A stretch of DNA of 63,869 nt, filler included, from Octopus bimaculoides (lineage: Eukaryota): the NCBI RefSeq assembly GCF_001194135.2. It is 5 parts of 5 records of this genome, joined end to end, with 100 filler letters (N's around TTAATTAATTAA, not from the genome) between each part and the next. Parts side by side here need not be neighbours in the genome. Positions count along the whole stretch, not along the records: positions 22,002 to 42,528 come from NC_068981.1; 4 more parts are not named here. The stretch is one strand, 5' to 3'. Made by a program: the position numbers and the translations under genes. Of this stretch, positions 24,740 to 37,803 are shown piece by piece. The notes beneath the pieces are model-generated. The model saw only the letters and a program-made list of their open reading frames with translations. It did no database searches and was not told where the DNA came from. Each line of letters opens with the position of its first letter. Position 1 is the first letter of the stretch.

Positions 24740-25530
24740 CGTCGGAAAAATGCTTTGCGATATTTTTTCCGACTCTTTGCATCGTGAATTCAAATCTCGC
24801 CGAGGCCATCTTTGGTTTTATCCTCTCGAGGTTGATAAAATAAGCGATCAAATATGTACCAATTAAGCAAGGAGTCAATGTAACCGACTTACCTCTACTC
24901 AAAAATATTACTGGCTTTGTACCAATATTGGAAACGAAATTACTACATGTGAAGTCACATCACTTATTTAACTGCAAAATCTACATATTTGACAATCATT
25001 TTCTGTTGATACAGCAAATAAATGTTTATTTCTTCCATCAATGGTAGTCAAATTGTATAGATAGAGGTATTTGTTTAAAATATAATACTGTAGACATACT
25101 GCCTCGTCTATCAATATTGTTTCATCTATTACGTGAATTCAGGCTTTGCTAGAAATCAATATTCGTATTTCTAACCCTTTCTGTATGGGGTCGTTAATAA
25201 GCGATTTTCCAAATGTATACCGAGAAATCAAAATCATATCACTTCAAAAACAATTATATGCATTCAATTTCAGTATAATATTAATTTTTCAACATTTTTA
25301 ATCATTCATAAATATTAGCTTCCAATTTTGTAACAAGGCCAGCAATTTTGGGGAAGGCGTAAGACGCTTATATCGACCTCAGTGTCCAGCTGGTATTTAT
25401 TTTATCGACCTCGAAATGATAAAAGGCTACTTCAACTTCGGTGGAATTTGAACTCAGAGTGTAAAGACGGATGAAATGCCGCTAAGCATTTTACCACCGT
25501 ACTAACGATTCTGCTAGATCGCCGCCTTAA
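24740..25530. mobile_element. Two family A SINEs (24740-24930 +, 25318-25530 -)
   Basis: Both match the family A core and lie in convergent orientation. Confidence 0.8.
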
Positions 25531-26347
25531 CATGCAGAAATATTCATTACTCTAAATTATCAATTGTTCTTAGACAAACATACTAACTTTACTTAACTCT
25601 GTCGAATTACATTCCGAGTTCGAAACACACCAGTGTAACCTTGCTAGAGTGAATATAAAACATATTTTGATATCAAATAAATCAGTTTTACGCTTCAAAC
25701 TTCAAGAGTGAATAAAATAAATACTGCATTAGTGTTTATTTAGCTTTCTACCCCAAGATACCAGGCCTCATGCTAACGTTATAATTAATGCTGCATTCAG
25801 TTTTATTAATAGAGGTTTCATTGAACAGTTGATGTGATGACACTGAAAAGGAAATATTGTATCAGTTTTATCAAACATTTAAACTACAAAGCCATCCCCA
25901 GCTTATCACATCATAATATAGTGGTAATATTTGACGGTTTCTTGGGTATACTACCAATCAATTTCTGAGAGTTCTGACTTTTATTTACGTCAGCAACACT
26001 GTCTTAGTTACTTTAAGCTGGTGCATAAAGCATCCAGATATTCCTTTTATTCCATATTTTCTATATTAATTCCTTAAATAACATTCTGATATTTTATGAT
26101 ATATTTCACTCCCACCACGGATGTGTTAATTGGATTATGGCCTATAGGATTAAGGACTATAATACTGTGATATATATATATAGCATTCAAATTACGATGA
26201 AAGTAAACAAACAAACGAAGTTTGCTTTAGAACCGTTGAGATGTCTTAGAAAGTTAAAGAAGTGATTTTAAAATTCTCAAACGCAAGATAATGCTAATAA
26301 TATAGTCTGAACAAGATAAGCTACCCCTATTTTACAGAAAGAAGTGT

Positions 26348-26426
26348 TGGTGGTCGGCTATGAGACTCGAACTCACACCTCCGTGATTACGCGTCGCGGT
26401 GCTCTAAACCATTAAGCTAAACCGCC
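26348..26426 (-). tRNA. tRNA-Thr(CGT)-like sequence with encoded CCA, probably a pseudogene or retrocopy
   Basis: GGCGGTT-TA-GCTT-AATGGTTTA-GAGC-A-CCGCGA-CGCGTAA-TCACGG-AGGT-GTGAG-TTCGAGT-CTCAT-AGCCG(A)CC-A-CCA. The cloverleaf has one acceptor-stem bulge, one C-A mismatch in the anticodon stem and one extra base. Confidence 0.6.
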
Positions 26427-26504
26427 CCCCCCATATATATATCGCTGTGCGTGTACGCATGTATGTATAAAGATATATACACATATATAAAAACACATTT
26501 AGTC

Positions 26505-26660
26505 GTAAGTGTGGCTGTGTGGTGAGAGGCTTACTTCCCAACCACAGGGCTCTGAGTTCAATCCCACTGCATGGCACCTTGGGAAAGTTTCGTCTACTAT
26601 AGCCTCGAGCCGACCAAGGCTTTGTGAGTAGATTTGATAGAGGGAAACTGAGAGAAACCG
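26505..26660 (+). mobile_element. SINE family B, 5' half before a gap
   Basis: GTGGCTGTGTGGT...GAGTTCAATCCCACTGCATGGCACCTTGGG...GGCTTTGTGAGTAGATTTGATAGAGGGAAACTG. Confidence 0.9.
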
Positions 26661-26887
26661 CAACCAGTTGTTAAGTATACNNNNNNNNNNNNNNNNNNNN
26701 NNNNNNNNNNNNNNNNNNNNNNNNNNNNNNNNNNNNNNNNNNNNNNNNNNNNNNNNNNNNNNNNNNNNNNNNNNNNNNNNNNNNNNNNNNNNNNNNNNNN
26801 NNNNNNNNNNNNNNNNNNNNNNNNNNNNNNNNNNNNNNNNNNNNNNNNNNNNNNNNNNNNNNNNNNNNNNNNNNNNNNNNNNNNNNN

Positions 26888-26936
<49 letters not shown>

Positions 26937-27204
26937 TGCTTACCTTCGTCCATCCGTCCCTCCCTCCTTCTCCGCCACCAATTATCACCCACACTACTAC
27001 TTAGTAAATTGTTAGTATATAATGGACTAACCAATAGCAGATCATTCATATGATTAATTTATACATTGCCCTATTTATATTTGTAGCAGAAACGCGTATA
27101 TTTACAACGCTATTCACCACCAATAGGAACAACAATTTTAGCATGTTTGGATGATGGTAGGTTAAAGCGAAACCAACCGATGTGACTGCCCCCCTTTCCC
27201 AGTT

Positions 27205-27723
27205 CTCAGGGTTGACACTGTCAATGTAGGCATATTGAAAGTTAGGTCTAGCGAGATTGTTGCGATGCTTGCACTGAGGCTTGTCGATGTGTGCTGTATC
27301 CAAGAGGTAAGGTGGAAAGGCATTACACATAGGTATAAAATCTTCTGGGAAGGTAACAATGACGGGGTAGGTGGTGTGGGCATACTTCTTGCAGAGAAAT
27401 GGGTGGATAAGGTCATAGAGGTAGTGAGAGTGAGCGAGAGATTGCTTAAGCTCAGGCTAGTCTTACAGAATAGTACAGTGTTAATTATCACTGCATATGC
27501 CCCAGAAACGGGCCTACTAACTAAACAGAGGGACCATTTTTATGCTATTCTCTTGCAGGCTAAATCTGAGTCGAATGATAAGGATCTCATCATCATAGCT
27601 GGGGACTGCAATGGGCATGTCGGATGGCAGCCCGGTATTTTCCATGGTGTACATGAGGGTCATGGAATTGGTTCTCGAAACGAAGAAGGAACAAAGCTGG
27701 AGGAGATGTCTTCTTGGGGCTAA
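27205..27723 (+). pseudogene. RTE-clade LINE fragment, AP-endonuclease domain
   Basis: LRVDTVNVGILKVR...VDVCCIQEVRWKG...GVGGVGILLAEKWVDKVIEVVRVSERLLKLRL...AYAPETG...IIAGDCNGHVG...GIGSRNEEG. It is truncated before the RT domain. Confidence 0.9.
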
Positions 27724-27824
27724 AACCACCAGTAACATGGTCCTCTATGGGACCGCCATATTTAGTTGTCAAATATATTTGATGATATAATATATTTATT
27801 ATATAAATATTTATAAACACACAA

Positions 27825-27868
<44 letters not shown>

Positions 27869-28526
27869 ACGTTTGCGTATGTAATCATATGTACATATAT
27901 GTGTGTGTGTTTGGGTGTATATACTTAGACACTCGCTCACATATAAATATATAAGCATATACTGAGAATAACTTAAAATCCGATTACTCTGAACGTGAAA
28001 ATAAATTATCGTCTAGTCATAAAGATAATGCTACTTGTAATAATAATAAGCAATTCACAAGACAACTTAAAAGTATGATTGTAAGTAAGTGGATTTTTAT
28101 CCATCTTACCAATAAATCAGAGGATGTATCGCAACATAAGAACTCATAAATATAATCGAAAGGCGAAGTGATAAAAGCAGAATCTTGAGCTACAATAGCT
28201 CTAACTCTAGATAATTAACCACCAATATCTTCATTCAATCCACCTCTTTTGCAAACTAACGTTGAGAACTTTCTACTTTACATTATGTTATCGCAAATTT
28301 GAATGCTGTAGTATCTGTTTAGCCTCATGGGTGACCTGATCGATCAGATTTACGTTCAAAAAGCTTTCCAGTTGCCATCATTTGGTTCGATATTTTAGTC
28401 AACCTAGAAGTATTATTATCATTATCCAAAGTCACCCGCCTTTTTTTTTAAGAAGATGGAATTTAATTTGAGAGGATTTAATTACTACTTCTAGCAAATC
28501 ATTTCACCACAGATATTTTCCCGTGT

Positions 28527-28830
28527 GTGGAGGCGCAATGGCCCAGTCGTTAGGGCAGCGGAATCGCGGTCGGAGGATCGCGGTTTCGATTCCCAGACCG
28601 GGCGTTGTGAGTGTTTATTGAGCGAAAGCACCTAAGCTCCACCAGGCGCCAGCAGGGGGCGGTGGCGACCCCTGTTGTACTCTTTCGCCCCAACTTTCTC
28701 TCACTCTTTCTTCCTGTTTCTTGAGTAACGCTGTGATGGACTGGCGTCCCGTCCAGCTGGGGGGAACACATACGCCATAGAAACCAGGAAACCGGGCCCA
28801 TGAACCTGGCTAGGCTTTGAAAGGGCGACA
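28527..28830 (+). mobile_element. SINE: body C plus a V-domain-like tail
   Basis: GGAGGCGCAATGGCCCAGTCGTTAGGGCAGCGG...GGTTTCGATTCCCAGACCGGGC head, then GATGGACTGGCGTCCCGTCCAG, which resembles the V-SINE domain (inference). Confidence 0.8.
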
Positions 28831-30061
28831 AAAGAATATATTTTCTCGTGTCATCTTGATTTGAATGTATGCTGTGCTAAATACGTGCACTGTGTAGTTT
28901 AGGGTAAACAATGAAATTCATATGACCACCGCTAAATAGAGGAAGGTTCAACATAATCAGTCAACTTGCTTGAAATAGAAGCTAAGTCCCTCTAATCACA
29001 TTTCTCGACACCAGCAAATTGGAACTTTTGGAAACTGCTCCAAATACCACAATCCTCTATTAATTCATTGACAGAAGTTCTCATGTGGTTCTGCTACTAA
29101 CACTCTCACAGTAAGTTTTTCTGCCCTGCACTATCTATATCTTTTTTTTCTGTCTCTTCGCTCGCGACAGGGAAGTGTCCTGAAATTGCACCGTAATCTT
29201 GAAGGTTCATAAGCACTTCTAAATCCATGCTGACTCCTTTTGATCACTTTTTATTTGTTACTTCTGCGTTTACCACCCCTATTGAACAACAAAGGACAGT
29301 GAAACAGGATTTAGTGTCACTGCCATAACTACCACATTTCATGAGCCTGGATCATTTATTGAGGTACAAGTTTATGGGAATGTTTCATGCACGTTTTTGA
29401 AGGTCAGGCTGACAGTACGGAGTGTTTTACGCCAGTTGCTTGAGAAAATGTTGATCCACATGCCGGCCTTAGTTTTCTTTAATTGATAACTAATGGGCTT
29501 AGAGAAAGCCATGTATCCCCTCTCGAAGAAAAAGTTTCTGGTGAAATGATTCTTCCACATTTTACAGACGGAATTATACCCTTATGAAAAATTTCCTTGT
29601 TGGGCGCGTTTTGATTTATTCATTTATTTATCACTTTATTTATTTATTCATTTAATTTATTTATCTTCTTTTTATTTTTTCTTTCTAAAAATTCATTGTT
29701 TTCTAACAAAGTAAATGTGTGCTAAAGCAAAACAGGTTTGTTTACAGATCCATACTTTGTCTACGTTTGAAGACGTTTTTTTTTTACTTTTAGAGAGGTT
29801 GGCATTTTGCTTTTAAGTTTTGAGATTGCGTTCAGTACGAAACGAACCGCAGCTAGTTTTTGCCTATAAAACGAAATAAAATATAACTTTAAAACTTCTT
29901 TCTATCCCTTGTAAATATGTTCACGCGACACGACACGGAAACTTAAAAAATGTAATACATTGAAAAATTTTAAATATATAAACTACAAAGAAAAGTACAC
30001 GAAGAAACGTCATATCACAGTAAGAAAACAACACCAAATAGCAATGATGTTGTTGATAATA

Positions 30062-30490
30062 ATGGCTTCAGATTTAGGCACAAGTCAGGCGATTTTGAGA
30101 TGATTGTATGTCAATACCATCGAGCTCAGTACTTGACTGGTACTTTATTTTATTGATTCCACAGAAATGAAAGGCAAGGGTAACCTCGGCGGGATTTGAA
30201 CTCAGATAATAACGAACAAGAAGAAACCCTTTAAGCATTTTGTCCGACGTGCCAAAGTTTCTGCTATTTCTCTTTATGATGATTTTTCTAGTGTAGGCAC
30301 TGGGCCTGCAGTTTCGGAGGAGGCAGCTAGTCAGTTACATTGATCGCAATACTCGGCCAGTACTCGTTTTATGGACCCCGAAAGGATAAAAGATAAGGTC
30401 CTCTTCGGTGGAATTTGAGCTCAGGGCGTAAATCCAGTAGGAATGATGTTAGGAATTGTGTGCGACGGGCTAACGATTCTACCAGCTCCT
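30062..30490 (-). mobile_element. Two tandem family A SINEs
   Basis: Two successive reverse-complement matches to the family A core (30062-30260, 30290-30490). Confidence 0.8.
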
Positions 30491-30598
30491 ATCACTAATG
30501 ATGATAACAATAAGAGTAAAAAAGATAATGATAAACAGTTGATAAAATGTCTTGAACAAAAGCTATCATAAGAATTCCGAAAATAATTACAGGAAAAG

Positions 30599-30636
<38 letters not shown>

Positions 30637-31086
30637 GTAGTAGTAGTAGTAAGACAAACAACATCCAGTCACAAAACATTCAGCGACTTTCTGCGGTTTC
30701 TTCTCTTACAGACACAGCGAAATTTACGCGCACAGACAAACCAATACTCCCATGTGTATAACATAAACACACACATCACACAGAAACGAACATATTGAAT
30801 GATAAACTCATTGGCAGAATCTACTGCAGTTATTCACAATCAAGTGAAATAGACATGTTTTCACACTGTCGACACATACAAACGTCGAATATAGTTGTTT
30901 GTGCATAAGTAACGTTTGTGAAAAACTGTAGCTATTATCAGATAACATAAAAGGGTTTGGTTCTCCTATCTTTTATATTATTTTTTTTTACAAAGCAGAC
31001 ACAATAGAAAGACAGACAAACACGCACGAATTTTAGTAAACAAGCCTAGAATTTTTGCTAACAGTTATGTGTCGAATATATATCTA

Positions 31087-31121
<35 letters not shown>

Positions 31122-31387
31122 ATATATATATATATATATACATTGTGAAGTGCAGTGATGGATTGATCGGCCGAGTTTTAATTAAATTTATAATGCTACA
31201 CAGGAATGATGTTGGTAATAAAATGATGCTTGGGACTTATCTTCTTAATTCTGGATGGATAAACCTTGAAGCCGAACAGGATGAAATTTTACGGTCAGAT
31301 TTGAAATGGATGTAACAAAATTCCATATTAATTTACGTTCACTCTACCGATTCAGTGAACCACATGTCTCATTAAACAAATACTCCA

Positions 31388-31700
31388 CACTCCGCCATTG
31401 ACGACGACGACAGCGTGGATTCCAGTTGATCGGATCAACGGAACAGCCTACTCGTGAAATTAACGTACAAATGGCTGAGCACTTTACAGACACGCGTACG
31501 CTTTACGTAGTTCTCAGAGAGGTTCAACGTGACACAGAATGTGACGCGGTTGATCCTTTCAATTACACGTACATCTCACTTTTACAGCTGAGTGACCTGG
31601 AGCAACGTGAAATAAAGTGTCTTGCTCAAGGGCACAACGAACTGCCAGCAATAGAACTCAGGATCGAGAGCCTTATACTCTGACCACTATGTCACGAGTC
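31388..31700 (-). mobile_element. SINE: body E plus tail D
   Basis: Minus strand TTGTGCCCTTGAGCAAGACACTTTATTTCACGTTGCTCCAG..CACTCAGCTG, then the tail shared with 10125-10290 (GGCTGTTCCGTTGATC.GATCAACTGGAA). Confidence 0.8.
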
Positions 31701-32469
31701 TCTCATTAAACAAATAGAAGGAAATCATTTACTTTTAATGCGCATGCAGCGCTGTGTGGTTAACAATTTCACTCCACAACTACGTTGCTTCGGGTTCAAT
31801 GCTAGTCAGCAGAATCTTGTGCAAGTATTTAAAATATAGAGTTGGGTTGATGGATACATTTGTGAGTGTATTTAGGTGGAGAAAAAACACTGCGTAGAGC
31901 CGTCAGAGCAAGCGTTCCAGTTCTTGGGTGATGGGTTGACTTATTCCTTTGTCCGATTTAGCTCCAACACTTATTTCTTGGGTGCTTTTAGTAGAATTCA
32001 CTCAGATGTTAGTATTTTGGCTAGGTCTCCTTCCTTTTTGTTCGTTCGTTCATTCATTCATTCGTTCCTTTGTTCCTTAACTCCACCACTTTCGGAGGTC
32101 TACAGGAGAGAATGAGATCAACTCGTTCTCATCTTAAGACAATTATTAAGAAAACAATGAGAGGGAAAATAACATTTTTAAAACTGAAATCCAAAATGTC
32201 AAAAATATTTCTGGTAATTTTTAATATTGTAAATTTTTCAGCGGAACTAAATATGATTGAATCATATAAAAATTAAATAGGTTTTCATCCACTATTTTGT
32301 AATAAGGCTGTCTGTTGGTTCGTTTTGCATTATTTATTTAACATTTGTTAGATCTTCATTTACAAACATAAGGTAAAATGTTGTTGTTTAGCTCCGAGAC
32401 GGCAATAATCAAGAAAGCCTATAAATAAACATGTCACAACTGCGTCCAATCTTACAGTATTTGAAGGCG

Positions 32470-32660
32470 GCGTGTTGACAGAATCGTTAGCAAGCCAGAC
32501 AAAATACTTACCAGCATTTCGTCCGTCTTTACACTCAGAGTTCGAATTCCGACGAGATCGACTTTGCATCTTATTCTTTGGGGGTCGGTAAAATAAGTAC
32601 CAGTTGCGCAAAGAAATCGATAGTCACTTCCGCGAATTTGCTGGCCTTGTACAAAAATTT
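32470..32660 (+). mobile_element. SINE family A
   Basis: GGCGGCGTGTTGACAGAATCGTTAGCA...GAGTTCGAATTCCGACGAGATCGACTTTGC...TAAGTACCAG. Confidence 0.85.
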
Positions 32661-33679
32661 CAATCCGATGTAGCTTCCTGTATATGAAATGAGAATATCT
32701 AATACAGACCTGCGACCTATTTCGCTGCTACATGCGGTGGGTCGAAAGAGAGTTTATAGCACCGACGATTATTCATCGCTAACAACTTTTAATTGCTTCT
32801 TGGGATAAAGATATAAAGAAATACTAAATGCGGGAGAGTGCGTGTGTGTACGAGTGTTAGTACATATATGGATGTATATGTGAACGACCATGAATATGTA
32901 CGTATAGGCCAATTCTTAAAGGTCAGCTGAGAACAATCACATGTGAAACCAACCACAAAATACAAATCAACAGTACAAAGAAATCCCTTTAAAATGGCAA
33001 CCACTTTAACAGTAACGGAATCACCATCCCACTACATCTACACATTCAAAGCAGTTTGCCAACGCTCCGTCGGGAACAGTACACCTTGATGAAATCAGTG
33101 GCTCCTACTAAATTCAGACCATGACAGACAGAGAGGATGTTCTTGAAGCCGAGAATGTGAACTTACGGAGAAAATATTTACATATCGCCTGAGGAAACAC
33201 AACTAAATCTCATAATGCAGAGAAACAGTTGCGTAACCAAGTACCAGTGCGCCTGGAGAATTACGTTTCATTGAAACAATTGTAGTGATTAAAAATGTAC
33301 GTGCCCAACCGTTCTCCTTGTTGACGCCAAATTTATTCAATTATATATATNNNNNNNNNNNNNNNNNNNNNNNNNNNNNNNNNNNNNNNNNNNNNNNNNN
33401 NNNNNNNNNNNNNNNNNNNNNNNNNNNNNNNNNNNNNNNNNNNNNNNNNNNNNNNNNNNNNNNNNNNNNNNNNNNNNNNNNNNNNNNNNNNNNNNNNNNN
33501 NNNNNNNNNNNNNNNNNNNNNNNNNNNNNNNNNNNNNNNNNNNNNNNNNNNNNNNNNNNNNNNNNNNNNNNNNNNNNNNNNNNNNNNNNNNNNNNNNNNN
33601 NNNNNNNNNNNNNNNNNNNNNNNNNNNNNNNNNNNNNNNNNNATATATATATATATATATATATACATATATACTTATG

Positions 33680-33870
33680 AGTGTGTCCTTGTGGTGTGTT
33701 TGTACCCCACTCCACCGCTTGACATCATGTCCATAAACTAGCGGTACACCATTTACCGACCGATAGAATAAATACCAGGTTTAGAAAAAATTAGTACTAG
33801 GTTTGATTTATTCGACTAACCACTTCAAGGTGGTGCTCCAATATTGCCGGTGTCTCATAACTTAAACGAG
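33680..33870 (+). mobile_element. SINE family B, 3' half, degenerate
   Basis: CCACCGCTTGACA...CCGATAGAATAAATACCAGG...AAGGTGGTGCTCCA. Confidence 0.75.
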
Positions 33871-34244
33871 GAAAACGATGAAATTCAATGGAATTTCAAC
33901 ATCAACAGGGTATTTCTGTGTGCATTTGTGTATCTGTGCAGTATTCGGAGTAGGTATATACCTACGTATGTATGTATGTATGTATGTACGTATGTATGTA
34001 TGTATGTATGTGTATGTATGCATGTATGTGTGTGTAGGTATCTACGTACATTATATATATATGCATGTATGCATGGGTATATGTATATATATATATATAT
34101 ATATATGTCTGTGTGTATGGATGTGTGCGTGTATTTGTCTGTACGTATATGTGTATTAATGTTTATAGATATATCTATGTATATATATATGAGAGTATAT
34201 ATATATATATATATATATGAGTGTATGTGTGTATGTGTGTATGT

Positions 34245-34316
<72 letters not shown>

Positions 34317-35665
34317 GTGTATGTGTAGCATCTGAATATGCGAGAGTATTTCGTTTTCTGTGTACATATTTAAAGCCGAAGGAATTTCTCTGAAGATAAA
34401 TAGTTGTTATACACGAACGAATCAATGTAACAAAAATTAATGATGCTGTCATAGAAGTTACATTTAATCAAACCACAATTTCTTTAATAAATGCATTTCA
34501 ATGCTACGCTATATATTTATAACTTCTTTGTTTATTTATTCCTGTAGAGAGGAACTGTGTTAAATTTTGCGTATCGCAGAGGATCAACCCCTATAATTAA
34601 ATATGTTTGTATGTGAACTAGTGCACGTGGATATATATGTGTTTGTGTGTGTGTGTGTAGATCAGTATGCGTGTATCAACGAGTACTAACGAACTAACAT
34701 CTCAGATTTTATTATAAACAAAATTAAACGGCGCAAGATTACAAGTAAACACTTTCAGATTTAAAGTTACAGCTACCCTACAGGGACGATGAAGTGTCAC
34801 AGTTTAGGAGAAACAAGCTATTATGCACACCATTATAGACGTGTTTTCTCCTCTCACTCCGAAGCATGTACACATACGAACGCAAATTTTGGATACTCTC
34901 TCTCACACACACACACACACACACATACACACACACACACGTATAAATTCTGTGAAATGGTGTATATATTTAAATACTAAGAAAGAGGAGGTAGTCGGGA
35001 TTTGATAAAACTATTTAGCGCTTTCATCATGAACGTTTTTTTTTCTGTTAGTTTCTTTAAAGACTGAGCGAAGGTGAAGGTAGCAAATCACAGAGTAAAT
35101 GTATTGATCAAATTACTATCATTTAATTTATCAAATGTAAAATGATGAGAATTTCGTACAGTGGAATAAAAATACTTTCGAGAATGCATCTGCTATTTAG
35201 ACGTAACTTATCTCAAATCAGGTACACTTATGTAAAATATTGCAACATGCAGAGATTCCTACGATGATCCGAGGTGAGAAGCCATTTCTGATCAGCCACA
35301 GTTTTGATCAACAACATTCTAATCGTGACCATCACTTATTCTTACAAATGTAATATAGCTATGATCACATTACACAATGTGTACTTACCTTTTTATGGGC
35401 ATATGATTAGTGAGATGTGGATGATATTTTGTGGAACCCAGTGGAGTTATTATGGTGAGGTTACTGAAGAGCGCATGACACACACTAACGCCGTTTTTTA
35501 GAGTCACAAGGCTTAGCTCAGGATTTCGATTTCTTCTGTGACTTATTTTACGTTGTTCTATTTGACTCAGCTGAGCATGAATACAAACATTTAGGATTGT
35601 CCTGGTGAAAACTGCCATCCCTTCCAAGGAAGTCTTGGGAGACTTAATTTACATGGAATTATTTA

Positions 35666-35713
<48 letters not shown>

Positions 35714-35784
35714 ATACATGCCCACACACACACACGCGCACACACACACAGACACACACACACAGACACACATACATACACGCG

Positions 35785-36013
35785 AAAAGCATTTGACTGG
35801 GAACCGGTATTACACTAATAATGACGTCATATCTGCTGTTGGTGACTTCTTTTGACCGAGGGGATGAAAGCTGCTTCATCGAAAGGAACCAATCACTGCA
35901 ACACAGATGGAAGAAATATGTTGGGCGCAAGGGGGATTATGTTGAAAAATAAATCACATTTGGTCACATTCCATGAGAGTATCTTGGTTAGCCTATGAAC
36001 TTTTCGACCCTTA
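35785..36013 (+). mobile_element. mariner 3' fragment with right TIR
   Basis: KHLTGNRYYTNNDVISAVGDFF / DESCFIERNQSLQHRWKKYVGRKGDYVEK*, followed by CCTATGAACTTTTCGACCCT-TA. Confidence 0.8.
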
Positions 36014-36031
36014 TATATGTATGTATGTATG

Positions 36032-36065
<34 letters not shown>

Positions 36066-36911
36066 TGTATGTATGTATGTATGTATGTGTGTATGTATGT
36101 ATGTATGTATGCATGCATGTATTTAAACACAGAAATATAATCATGCATATGAGTATATGAGTGTGTATACATACATACATACATACACGCACACACACAC
36201 ACACACATACACACACACATATTGATACATAAAACCGCCATGAGAGTGGCATATGAATAAAATGCTGAGCCTTTTATGTCGTATATATTTCCTACGTATG
36301 CGTGAGAATGATCTCCCATGTAGAGCCTTCTTATACAAACATGAGAATAAAGCATCTTATGTTTGTCTGAATATGGACGTGCATTTCTACTTGATATTCG
36401 CGTGCGCATGCACGTGCATACGTGAAAGCTAGAGGAGTGTTAGCTTTTGCATGTCTGACTGAAGATATAGATTTCATCCTACCTACTTTTTTACCGCCTA
36501 TATCCTCTAGGCACGCATGCTTCTGGTTCTTCGTTGTGATATACACTTATGCTTGTTTGTTTCTTTTTGTGAATTATATATCTTTATAACATTTATTTTA
36601 TACTTCACATACACACGTTCATACCCACATGTGCGTATGTACACAACCCCACTCACAGGAACCACGTATACATACACATACAGCACCAACCTCCCCACGC
36701 CACATGTTTAGACATATGTATATATTTCTGTATGTATATATATATATATACATATATACATATGGAACAAAAACGCGATAGAGGACATTAAAACATTTCG
36801 ACATATAGGCGATACAAAGACGGACAAGAGAAACAACAATTAGAAAGACAGGCAAAAAAAAACAAACGAAGGGTCATTCCTGGCTTTACTTTCCTCAGTC
36901 AAGTTCCAGAA

Positions 36912-36950
<39 letters not shown>

Positions 36951-37504
36951 TATTTATATATACACACGCATATATTTATACATAACCACTTCTTTGAATT
37001 TCTGCTGTCCATGACCCCAGATGAACCCCCATCACGGTAAGAAACTCAATAAGGGCAGCAATATGAAAGGCCCTCATTCACGAGAAGGTGCCGATACCGT
37101 CAATGACCCCGCATGGCCACAGCCGTTATGCAGAAAATGTATAGAAGAATATGTAACCATATAAACACCTATATATAACAACGGGCATCGACATATTTTG
37201 TCTATATCTACCAATTACAACTCACAATGTTTAACAGTGAAACTGATGCTATAGTTCAAGCCTCGTGCCACTTGTACCATGTAGTGTGAGCGAACTCATA
37301 ACGGTCTTGTTACGAATCAAGCTTGTTAACCACTCAGCTATACTTGCGCCTCAATATTTTTAGTTGTATATTCATACACTTCTATATTTCTGCGCGTTTT
37401 TAATTACATATATGTACATGTGTACACGCACGAGCGCAGAGGCACGCGCATATACACACACACTCGCATTTATACATACAAATACATATATACACCAACG
37501 AATA

Positions 37505-37544
<40 letters not shown>

Positions 37545-37554
37545 NNNNNNNNNN

Positions 37555-37597
<43 letters not shown>

Positions 37598-37771
37598 TTG
37601 TATTTATATATTTATATACACATATATATACACATATTTATGTATATCACATATCTCTTTCCTTCTGAGTGTGCATTAGTCTGTGTTGTGTTTGCGAATT
37701 ACATTACATTTTTGTGTCTATGTTTCTCAATTTGTATATACACACAAACACACACACACACGTGTGTGTGC

Positions 37772-37803
<32 letters not shown>

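Noticed and set aside
29250-29560. Minus-strand MKCGSYGSDTKSC resembling a LINE ORF1 zinc knuckle
   Set aside because: The first Cys and the His are missing and the flanks are frameshifted. It is too degenerate to call.
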